NCBI GenBank assembly: GCA_045639565.1
Contig: JAZUDH010000092.1
Span: forward strand, 29,466 to 93,465
DNA from: Lachnospiraceae bacterium
GTDB lineage: Bacteria; Bacillota; Clostridia; Lachnospirales; Lachnospiraceae
Direction of reading: 5' to 3'
DNA: 64,000 nucleotides
In this document: positions 1 through 6,956 of the stretch, one piece after another
How the letters are laid out: each line of letters starts with the position of its first letter
How positions within the stretch are numbered: position 1 is the first letter of the stretch
The notes under the pieces: model-generated
What the model saw: only the letters and a program-made list of their open reading frames with translations
The model's database searches: none
Told to the model about the DNA's origin: nothing
Program-made: the position numbers and the translations under genes

Positions 1-46
1 TGAAGTTACAGGAAAATTAAGAGTAAAGGTACAGGAAAATGGCTGA
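1..46 (+). CDS. rplI: 3' end of an upstream ORF truncated by the window edge, probably ribosomal protein L9
   Basis: Frame 2 reads ...EVTGKLRVKVQENG with a stop at 44-46, overlapping the helicase start. This resembles L9 C-termini, and rplI followed by the replicative helicase is the usual Firmicutes arrangement. Only 14 codons are visible. Confidence 0.4.
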   Translation, partial: EVTGKLRVKVQENG

Positions 47-1388
47 GGAATGGCAGAAAAGGGTGCTTCCTCATAGTATAGAGGCTGAGAAATCAGTTTT
101 AGGCTCTATGCTAATTGACAGAGATGCGATTACGGTCGCTTCTGAAGCTTTGTTAGGGGAAGATTTTTATATCAAGCAAAATGAGATATTGTTTGATAGT
201 ATGATTGAATTGAATAATGAAAACAAGCCTGTTGATCCTATTACCCTTTTAGATAGACTTAAGGAAAAAGATATCCCTCCAGAAATGTCCAGTATGGAAT
301 ACGTGATGGATTTAGTTAATTCTGTTCCTACAGCTGCCAATGTAAAGCATTATGCTCAGATAGTATCAGAAAAGGCTACGCTTAGAAAACTTATAAGAGT
401 TAATGAAGATATTGAAAACAGCTGTTATACTCAGTCTGATCCAGTCGAGGTTATCTTAGAAGAGACTGAGAAGAAGGTTTTTAAGGTAGTTCAGAAGCGT
501 AACGCAGGTGATTTTGTACCTATAAGTGTTGTAGTTAACAACGCGTTGGATAAGATATCCACAGCGGCTAAAAACAAAGGTTCTGTAACTGGTATTCCTA
601 CTGGATTTACGGATCTTGACTATAGAACAGCTGGTTTACAGCCTTCAGATCTTATTCTTATTGCAGCCAGACCATCAATGGGTAAAACTGCATTTGTTCT
701 TAACATTGCTCAACATGTAGCAATAAAGCAACATTTGCCATTAGCTATATTCTCGTTGGAAATGTCGAAGGAGCAGCTCATTAACCGTATGTTCTCATTG
801 CAGTCAGGTGTTGATGCGCAGAAGCTTCGTGTAGGTAATTTAAATGAATCTGACTGGGAAGATCTTATTGAAGGTGCCAGTGATATAGGAAAGTCAAAGC
901 TTATTATAGATGATACTCCAGGCATAAGCATTGGCGAGCTTAGATCAAAGTGTCGTAAATATAAGCTTGAAACAGGCCTTTCTATGATTATGATCGACTA
1001 CTTACAGTTGATGACTGGTTCAGGAAAGAGTGGAGAATCGAGACAGCAGGAAATATCTGATATTTCTCGTTCGCTTAAATCTCTTGCGAGAGAGCTACAA
1101 GTTCCCGTCATTGCTCTTTCGCAGCTAAGCCGTGCTGTTGAACAACGACCAGACCATAGACCTATGCTTTCTGACCTTCGTGAATCTGGAGCTATCGAGC
1201 AGGATGCCGATGTTGTAATGTTTATCTATCGTGATGATTATTACAACCATGAATCAGAAAAGAAAGGCATATCTGAAATTATTATCGCTAAGCAGCGTAA
1301 CGGCCCTATTGGTACGGTAGAATTAGCTTGGCTACCAGAACTTACTAAATTTGCTAACCTTGCTAGAGAAAATCCAAATCAATATTAG
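39..1388 (+). CDS. dnaB: Replicative DNA helicase (DnaB family; called DnaC in Bacillus)
   Basis: 449 aa. Has the N-terminal 'LPHSIEAEKSVLGSML' motif, Walker A 'ARPSMGKTAF', 'MIDYLQLM', and the 'SQLSRAVEQRPDHRPMLSDLRESGAIEQDAD' helicase motifs. Confidence 0.95.
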   Translation: MAEEWQKRVLPHSIEAEKSVLGSMLIDRDAITVASEALLGEDFYIKQNEILFDSMIELNNENKPVDPITLLDRLKEKDIPPEMSSMEYVMDLVNSVPTAANVKHYAQIVSEKATLRKLIRVNEDIENSCYTQSDPVEVILEETEKKVFKVVQKRNAGDFVPISVVVNNALDKISTAAKNKGSVTGIPTGFTDLDYRTAGLQPSDLILIAARPSMGKTAFVLNIAQHVAIKQHLPLAIFSLEMSKEQLINRMFSLQSGVDAQKLRVGNLNESDWEDLIEGASDIGKSKLIIDDTPGISIGELRSKCRKYKLETGLSMIMIDYLQLMTGSGKSGESRQQEISDISRSLKSLARELQVPVIALSQLSRAVEQRPDHRPMLSDLRESGAIEQDADVVMFIYRDDYYNHESEKKGISEIIIAKQRNGPIGTVELAWLPELTKFANLARENPNQY

Positions 1389-1395
1389 TAAATTA

Positions 1396-1430
1396 AAAAA
1401 CCCGAACTCGTTGTGAGTTCGGGTTTTCTT
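1396..1430. terminator. Bidirectional intrinsic terminator between dnaB and the ferredoxin gene
   Basis: Hairpin aaaacccgaactc/gagttcgggtttt, flanked by an A-run on one side and a T-run on the other. Confidence 0.7.
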
Positions 1431-1443
1431 GTTATTGTAATTC

Positions 1444-1611
1444 TTATTCAGAGATAGCGCCTACAGGACACTGTGAAGCACATGATCCACATGAGATGCA
1501 TGTATTTTCATCGATTTCGAAATGAGCGTCGCCTGCAGAAATAGCGCCTACTGGACACTGTGATTCGCATGAACCACATGAAACACAACTATCAGAAATT
1601 TTAAATGCCAT
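1444..1611 (-). CDS. fdx: 2x[4Fe-4S] clostridial-type ferredoxin (55 aa). It is below the ORF-track length cut-off.
   Basis: My hand translation of the minus strand is MAFKISDSCVSCGSCESQCPVGAISAGDAHFEIDENTCISCGSCASQCPVGAISE*. It has two CxxCxxCxxxCP motifs and a GGAGGA RBS 8 nt upstream of the ATG at 1611. Confidence 0.85.
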   Translation of the reverse strand: MAFKISDSCVSCGSCESQCPVGAISAGDAHFEIDENTCISCGSCASQCPVGAISE

Positions 1612-1691
1612 TATTATATCCTCCTTATAACATGCTCTTGCGTAATTATTTTATAACATAAACAGGAATTTATCAATGAAATAATTGTTAA

Positions 1692-2456
1692 TTATTTCTC
1701 AATCAATCCTAGTTCGATTCTTCGATCCCTAATACCTTGGATGATGACCTTTTTCTTTTCGATAACAGTTCCCTTATCCATAGCAGGAGTATCTCCTAAT
1801 GGATATTCGATACCTAATTTTTCGTATTTAACTTTTCCCATAGTATGATATGGAAGAACATCAAGGGCTTTCAAATTCGTAAACTGCCCGATAAAGTATC
1901 CTAGTTTATAAAGATATTCATCATCATCGGTGACTCCAGGCACGATAACGTGCCTTATCCACATATCTACTTTTTTCTCGTTAAGATATGCACAGAAAGC
2001 AAGGATGTTTTCGTTGTGCTGCTTAGTAAGTTCTAAATGCTTATCGGGATCGATGTGCTTTATATCGAGCATAACTAAATCAGTAAGGGTCATAAGCGTA
2101 TCGAATTTATTTAATAAATCCGCATTATTAGGATTGAATGCTATACCAGATGAATCAATACAGGTATGAATGCCCTTTGCTTTGGCTTTAGTAAATAACT
2201 CAATCAAAAAATCAATCTGCATTAAGGGTTCGCCGCCAGTAACTGTAATTCCGCCATCTCTATAAAATCCCTTATTTCGCTCGTACTGTTCGATGATATA
2301 GTCTGTATCCATTAACTGACCTGCATTCATTTCCCAGGTATCTGGATTATGACAATATTTACATCTCATAGGACAACCCTGTACGAATACAACGTATCTT
2401 ACTCCGGGGCCGTCTACAGTACCAAAACTTTCTAATGAATGAATTTTTCCCTGCAT
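1692..2456 (-). CDS. pflA: Pyruvate formate-lyase activating enzyme (radical SAM glycyl-radical activase)
   Basis: 254 aa. Starts 'GKIHSLESFGTVDGPGVRYVVFVQGCPMRCKYCHNPDTW' with the CX3CX2C radical-SAM motif. Lies next to the PFL genes. Confidence 0.93.
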   Translation of the reverse strand: MQGKIHSLESFGTVDGPGVRYVVFVQGCPMRCKYCHNPDTWEMNAGQLMDTDYIIEQYERNKGFYRDGGITVTGGEPLMQIDFLIELFTKAKAKGIHTCIDSSGIAFNPNNADLLNKFDTLMTLTDLVMLDIKHIDPDKHLELTKQHNENILAFCAYLNEKKVDMWIRHVIVPGVTDDDEYLYKLGYFIGQFTNLKALDVLPYHTMGKVKYEKLGIEYPLGDTPAMDKGTVIEKKKVIIQGIRDRRIELGLIEK

Positions 2457-2471
2457 GTTTATACCGTCTTT

Positions 2472-2510
2472 CTAAAAAAATAAGGGGTTCGGAAATCTCC
2501 GAACCCCTTC
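2472..2510 (-). terminator. Intrinsic terminator downstream of the glycyl-radical-domain gene and upstream of pflA
   Basis: On the minus strand: aaggggttcgg-agattt-ccgaacccctt followed by a T7 run. Confidence 0.7.
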
Positions 2511-2528
2511 TAAATTTACTAATGTAAA

Positions 2529-2771
2529 TTAGAAATTATCGTGGAATGTACGAGAGATTACGTCTGCCTGCTGTTCAGGTGTTAACTTAATGAAGTTAAC
2601 TGCGTAACCAGATACACGAATTGTTAACTGAGGATAGTTTTCAGGATGCTGCTGAGCATCAAGAAGAGTCTCTCTATTAAGAACGTTAACGTTAAGGTGA
2701 TGTCCACCCTTTGTTACATAACCATCAAGTAATGAAACAAGGTTTTCAACCTGCTGTGTATTAGCTGCCAT
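2529..2771 (-). CDS. Free-standing glycyl-radical domain protein (GrcA/YfiD-like), equivalent to the C-terminal domain of PFL
   Basis: 80 aa. '[67 protein letters not shown]' carries the RVSGYAV glycyl-radical fingerprint. Has its own AGGAGG RBS 8 nt upstream of the ATG. Confidence 0.9.
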   Translation of the reverse strand: MAANTQQVENLVSLLDGYVTKGGHHLNVNVLNRETLLDAQQHPENYPQLTIRVSGYAVNFIKLTPEQQADVISRTFHDNF

Positions 2772-2795
2772 TGTTTATTTCCTCCTGCTTACTAT

Positions 2796-2999
2796 TTATT
2801 CGTAATCGTCTAGCCCTTGATGTAATGTCGGAACACTACATGCTAAAGGAGTTCTAGAACAGTCGGTGCAACCCATGGTTTGCACTGACTTAGCAGCTTT
2901 AGCATTAGCATCGAAATCTACGTTTACATGGCCAACACCTCTTGCTACATCGGCATCTAGCATTTTTACAAGATCTTCAATCATACTTTGCTCATTCAT
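2796..2999 (-). CDS. Small three-cysteine peptide (67 aa) encoded between the PFL core and the glycyl-radical domain gene
   Basis: MNEQSMIEDLVKMLDADVARGVGHVNVDFDANAKAAKSVQTMGCTDCSRTPLACSVPTLHQGLDDYE. GGAGG lies 8 nt upstream of the ATG at 2999; the track's upstream ATG at 3014 overlaps that RBS. The N-terminal 23 residues align with the glycyl-radical domain N-terminus at 10/23 identities by hand. Confidence 0.55.
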   Translation of the reverse strand: MNEQSMIEDLVKMLDADVARGVGHVNVDFDANAKAAKSVQTMGCTDCSRTPLACSVPTLHQGLDDYE

Positions 3000-3023
3000 G
3001 GGTCTCACCTCCATAGTAAATAA

Positions 3024-5063
3024 TTATTTGCTTAAATCGAGATCGATATCGCCTGCAAATACCTTATCTTCTTTACCAAGTGCTCCAGGGATAATTGTGA
3101 AGGTATTTGAGATACCATCCTGTGAATCCATGAAAGGAAGCTTAGCAACTGAAGAAAGTGATGCAACAGCACCGTGTGTATCACGCTGGTGCATAGGGTT
3201 AGCACCAGGAGCGAAAGGCTGTCCCTTTCTACGTCCATCAGGTGTGTTACCTGTAGCCTTACCATATGTAACGTTTGAAGTAATTGTAAGAACTGACATT
3301 GTAGGGAATCCATCTCTGTATGTATGATGTCTTCTGATCATTGTCATGAACTTATGTACTAATTCTGTAGCGATTGAGTCTACGCGATCATCATCGTTAC
3401 CATACTTAGGGAAGTCACCTGTTGTTTCGAAGTCTGTGATGATACCATCTTCGTCACGAATAACTTTAACCTTAGCATACTTGATAGCTGAAAGTGAGTC
3501 AGCAACAACTGAAAGACCAGCCATACCTGTAGCGAAGTATCTACGAACATCTCTGTCGTGGAGAGCCATCTGAGCTCTTTCATAACAATACTTGTCATGC
3601 ATGTAGTGGATAACGTTAAGTGTATTTACATAAACGTCAGCTAACCATTCCATCATGTCTGTGTACTTAGCCATTACATCATCATAATCAAGGTATTCAC
3701 CTTCAACAGGACGATACTTAGGTCCTACCTGCTTCTTTGTAACTTCATCAACACCACCGTTGAGAGCGTAAAGAAGACACTTAGCAAGGTTAGCACGTGC
3801 TCCGAAGAACTGCATTTCCTTACCGATTCTCATTGAAGATACACAGCATGCGATGCCGTAATCATCACCATGAGTTACACGCATAAGGTCGTCGTTTTCG
3901 TACTGGATAGAAGATGACTGGATAGACATCTTAGCACAGAACTTCTTGAAGTTTTCAGGAAGTCTTGTTGACCATAATACTGTTAAGTTAGGTTCAGGAG
4001 ATGAGCCTAAGTTTGTAAGTGTATGTAAGTAACGGAAAGACATCTTTGTTACCATGTGACGTCCATCAACACCAACACCACCGATTGATTCTGTTACCCA
4101 TACAGGGTCACCAGCGAAAATCTGGTTGTATTCAGGTGTACGAGCAAACTTAACGCAACGAAGCTTCATGATGAAGTGATCAACAAATTCCTGGATTTCT
4201 TCTTCTGTAAATGTTCCGTTAGCTAAGTCTCTTTCAGCGAAGCAGTCGATGAATGTAGATGTACGTCCAAGTGACATAGCAGCACCATTCTGTTCCTTAA
4301 CTGCTGATAAGTAACCAAAGTATGTAGCCTGGATAGCTTCCTTAACGTTAGAAGCGGGCTTAGAAATATCGCAGCCGTATGATGCAGCCATCTGCTTCAT
4401 CTGCTTTAATGCTACGATCTGTTCAGAAATTTCTTCACGAAGACGAATAACATCATCTGTCATGATACGTCCTGTAGAATCCTTCTGAGCAAGCTTGTCT
4501 TCGATAAGACGATCAATACCGTAAAGAGCGATACGTCTGTAGTCACCGATGATACGTCCACGTCCGTAAGCATCAGGAAGACCTGTGATAACGTGAGATG
4601 AACGACATGCTCTCATTTCATCGTTGTAAGCATCGAAACATCCAGCGTTGTGTGTTTTTCTGTGTGTTGAGAAGAACTCGCTGATTTCAGGATCAACTGT
4701 GTAACCATTATCAGCACAAGCCTTTTCTGCCATACGGATACCACCGTAAGGCTGCATTGAACGCTTGAAAGGCTTATCTGTCTGGAAACCTACGATAGTT
4801 TCCTTGCTCTTATCAAGGTATCCTGGTCCGTGAGAAACGATAGTAGAAACAACCTTAGTGTCCATATCAAGAACGCCGCCTGCTTCTCTTTCCTTCTTAG
4901 CGAGATCAAGAACCATGTTCCATAAATCTTTAGTGTTCTGTGTGGGAGCTGCGAGGAATGTATCATCTCCATCATAAGGATGATAGTTCTTCTGGATGAA
5001 ATCACGTACGTTGATTTCATTTTCCCACTTGCCGCCTACAAAATCTTTCCATTCTGGTCTCAT
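3024..5063 (-). CDS. pflB: Formate C-acetyltransferase (pyruvate formate-lyase) catalytic core, lacking the C-terminal glycyl-radical domain
   Basis: 679 aa from '[13 protein letters not shown]', with AGGAGG 9 nt upstream. Contains the catalytic Cys pair '[13 protein letters not shown]'. It ends '...[23 protein letters not shown]', before any RVSGYAV motif. Confidence 0.93.
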   Translation of the reverse strand: MRPEWKDFVGGKWENEINVRDFIQKNYHPYDGDDTFLAAPTQNTKDLWNMVLDLAKKEREAGGVLDMDTKVVSTIVSHGPGYLDKSKETIVGFQTDKPFKRSMQPYGGIRMAEKACADNGYTVDPEISEFFSTHRKTHNAGCFDAYNDEMRACRSSHVITGLPDAYGRGRIIGDYRRIALYGIDRLIEDKLAQKDSTGRIMTDDVIRLREEISEQIVALKQMKQMAASYGCDISKPASNVKEAIQATYFGYLSAVKEQNGAAMSLGRTSTFIDCFAERDLANGTFTEEEIQEFVDHFIMKLRCVKFARTPEYNQIFAGDPVWVTESIGGVGVDGRHMVTKMSFRYLHTLTNLGSSPEPNLTVLWSTRLPENFKKFCAKMSIQSSSIQYENDDLMRVTHGDDYGIACCVSSMRIGKEMQFFGARANLAKCLLYALNGGVDEVTKKQVGPKYRPVEGEYLDYDDVMAKYTDMMEWLADVYVNTLNVIHYMHDKYCYERAQMALHDRDVRRYFATGMAGLSVVADSLSAIKYAKVKVIRDEDGIITDFETTGDFPKYGNDDDRVDSIATELVHKFMTMIRRHHTYRDGFPTMSVLTITSNVTYGKATGNTPDGRRKGQPFAPGANPMHQRDTHGAVASLSSVAKLPFMDSQDGISNTFTIIPGALGKEDKVFAGDIDLDLSK

Positions 5064-5330
5064 TTTGAAATGCCTCCTGTGAGTATAATTAAATTGTGAA
5101 TGATGAAAAATCATCGAATCATTAAAATTGTATACATTACTTCTAATGCAAGGTTATTATAGTCTATCCATAAAACCTCGTCAAGAAAACGTAATGTTCT
5201 TTTTTACGTACAAAGTGCTGAAAATGGGGGATTTTAGAAAGTTTTAATGATTGATGCACTGGGTACTTGGTTGAAAAAGAGAAGCTTTGGTATTATACTA
5301 CAGATGTCAAAGAATGAAAGGAGTAAAAAC

Positions 5331-5528
5331 ATGAGTGCAATTAGTAAAGAAATGACTATTGGTGAGATCTTAAGAGTAGCTCCTGAAGCAGCACCTTTAC
5401 TTATGCAGGCTGGTATGCACTGCTTAGGTTGTCCGTCAGCTCAGGCTGAATCATTAGAAGAAGCTGCAATGGTTCACGGTATTGATATCGATGAATTAAT
5501 GGATTATTTTTCTAAGAACTTAAAATAA
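5331..5528 (+). CDS. DUF1858 / hybrid-cluster-protein-associated redox disulfide-type small protein
   Basis: 65 aa from the internal ATG, with RBS aaaggag. '[49 protein letters not shown]' contains the CxxC motif typical of this family. Confidence 0.75.
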   Translation: MSAISKEMTIGEILRVAPEAAPLLMQAGMHCLGCPSAQAESLEEAAMVHGIDIDELMDYFSKNLK

Positions 5529-5536
5529 ACATTTTA

Positions 5537-5568
5537 AAAGGCCTAAAAAAATTTAGGCCTTTTCTATT
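5537..5568 (+). terminator. Intrinsic terminator
   Basis: aaaggcctaaa-aaaa-tttaggccttt followed by a T-rich tail. Confidence 0.6.
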
Positions 5569-5630
5569 CTTATGTAGTTTATTATGTAGTAAAAAAGCAG
5601 ATTCATTGAATCTGCTTTTAATTTTATCTT

Positions 5631-6356
5631 TTATCCGATTTCTGCAAGCGTTGAAATAGCTTGACTAGCACAAATTACCTCAAAATGCTCTTTTACATAA
5701 GACTCAGACATAAGCTTACCTTTTTGAACAGCACCGTACTCAGCAAGAATATTGCACACTTGCACGAAATCTGTCACATCCATGTTGCCTTTCTTTACTG
5801 TGAGAAGGTATTCTCCTGTAGAGCTGTCCATATAAAGTGAACTAGCAGCAACAAAGAATTTTGAAATTGATTTGCATACCGAAGCAAGCTTTGTTATAGA
5901 GTCAAAAGAAAATGCCATACCATCAAATGCAGCAAGATCAATCTTGGCGTTGTTATTAGCAGTTACGGCTTCTTTAAATTTTTTAAATAAATCGCTGATG
6001 CTTCCTGTGTCAGAAGTGTTCTCAACTTCTGGAATGTCGAAATCATCTGAATCATCAGATTCGCTTACACCAGGCGCAAACTTAGAAAACCTAGTATCAA
6101 GCTCCTCAGGATCTTCAACTTTTGTGATGATAAGAACTATACACTCGGCATTAACGGGAATCGCTTCTATCATTAATGGAATATTTTCTGCTTCAAATCC
6201 GTACTCATCATTAGCCTTTTCCATCATGTCCCTAAAAAGATCCTTAGCTTTATCTGAACCATATGCTAATTCACTAAGCTTAAGCTCTCTGGATGCTAAA
6301 TCGGCTTGTGTTAAAGTACAACGAATCTGATGCTCGTTTACTTTTTCTATTTTCAT
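5631..6356 (-). CDS. mecA: Adaptor protein MecA (ClpC/ClpE adaptor)
   Basis: 241 aa. The N-terminus 'MKIEKVNEHQIRCTLTQADLASRELKLSEL' and an acidic linker followed by a C-terminal domain are typical of the MecA family. Confidence 0.85.
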   Translation of the reverse strand: MKIEKVNEHQIRCTLTQADLASRELKLSELAYGSDKAKDLFRDMMEKANDEYGFEAENIPLMIEAIPVNAECIVLIITKVEDPEELDTRFSKFAPGVSESDDSDDFDIPEVENTSDTGSISDLFKKFKEAVTANNNAKIDLAAFDGMAFSFDSITKLASVCKSISKFFVAASSLYMDSSTGEYLLTVKKGNMDVTDFVQVCNILAEYGAVQKGKLMSESYVKEHFEVICASQAISTLAEIG

Positions 6357-6485
6357 GAAACTCCTCTGTTTCTAGTGTCTAATTACAAGTAGAATACACA
6401 TTTTCTGTTAAAAGAATATTATTATTTCTAAGGTTACTAGTCAAGGGAAATGGTAACTGTTTCGAAAAAATTTATAAAAAGAGGG

Positions 6486-6515
6486 TTGATTTTTATGTAA
6501 ACTTTTGTTTATAAT
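6486..6515 (+). promoter_or_regulatory. Near-consensus sigma-A type promoter inside the long mecA/GH18 intergenic region
   Basis: TTGATT at 6486-6491, an 18-nt spacer, then TATAAT at 6510-6515. No ORF-track ORF starts within about 380 nt downstream. Confidence 0.5.
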
Positions 6516-6775
6516 CACGACATAGATGCTCTTGACGAGTCTGTATCGGAAAGGAGCGTAGTTGATTTTTCTATTTATTTTCAAATAATTCTACTCTTCG
6601 CATAAAAGCGAAGAAGTCTTTCGACGTATTCAATACGTGGAATCAGGTACTCATTAGAGTGTTCCTTAGAATAATCATTCAATAATTCACAAATTCTCAT
6701 TTATGTAGGTAATTAATAGGTATAATGTATTTTAAAATTTTGAGATATGTGTCTTGAGCATCTGGTAATTAATCA

Positions 6776-6883
6776 TAGGCGTGTCATATATTAGGGTAAT
6801 ATTTGTCACAAAACGACTTGTTTTGAAGCCTTAGGTCATTTACCTGCGGCGGTAAAATCATGTAGCATTATATGACACGCCTA
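6776..6883. repeat. Perfect 15-bp inverted repeat around a 78-nt spacer
   Basis: taggcgtgtcatata (6776-6790) is the exact reverse complement of tatatgacacgccta (6869-6883). Confidence 0.85.
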
Positions 6884-6920
6884 AATTAAGCAATTCTTAA
6901 TGACGAAATGGATAGTTTAT

Positions 6921-6929
6921 TGGTATAAT
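6921..6929 (+). promoter_or_regulatory. Extended -10 element (TGGTATAAT) upstream of the GH18 gene
   Basis: tggtataat lies 28 nt upstream of the ATG at 6957 and just before the AGGAGG RBS. Confidence 0.45.
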
Positions 6930-6956
6930 TGGTTAGATTTAGGAGGAAATAATAAT

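Noticed and set aside
2772-3023. The roughly 250-bp interruption of pfl could be a group I intron, an intein or a simple sequencing frameshift.
   Set aside because: - **Not an intein:** An intein would be in frame and much larger.
- **Probably not a group I intron:** The segment is short and is almost fully occupied by an ORF with its own GGAGG RBS. I could not see P-helix-like conserved intron elements.
- **Not a frameshift:** A frameshift would not create consensus RBS-ATG signals for both downstream pieces, and would not add a novel 11-aa tail and a stop on the core.
- **Caveat:** An RNA-level event cannot be formally excluded without a covariance-model scan.
2866-3327. Long antisense ORFs inside well-supported genes, for example 2866-3327 (+), 5872-6330 (+), 24277-24603 (-), 29141-29446 (-), 22400-22657 (-) and 38166-38450 (-).
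   Set aside because: They lie entirely within, and opposite to, genes with unmistakable family motifs (pflB, mecA, pth, atpB, glgC, SBP). They have low-complexity, Ser/Leu/Ile-rich composition typical of shadow frames, and they lack RBSs.
5064-5330. A ZTP ('pfl motif') riboswitch, Rex box or FNR/CRP-type site in the pfl upstream region.
   Set aside because: - I could not find the conserved ZTP elements (GGGUCGUGAC... / CCGCCUGGGC-like).
- I could not find a TTGTGAA-N6-TTCACAA Rex palindrome.
- Only a short 5-bp palindrome (gatga-aaa-tcatc, about 5098-5112) is present, which is too weak to call.
6524-6763. Assigning the orphan transcript region to 6S RNA or to a specific riboswitch class.
   Set aside because: Only a terminal closing helix and a few local hairpins are visible. 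The region is very AT-rich, and I cannot verify a central bubble or any class-specific conserved nucleotides by eye. I kept it as an unclassified candidate in the findings.
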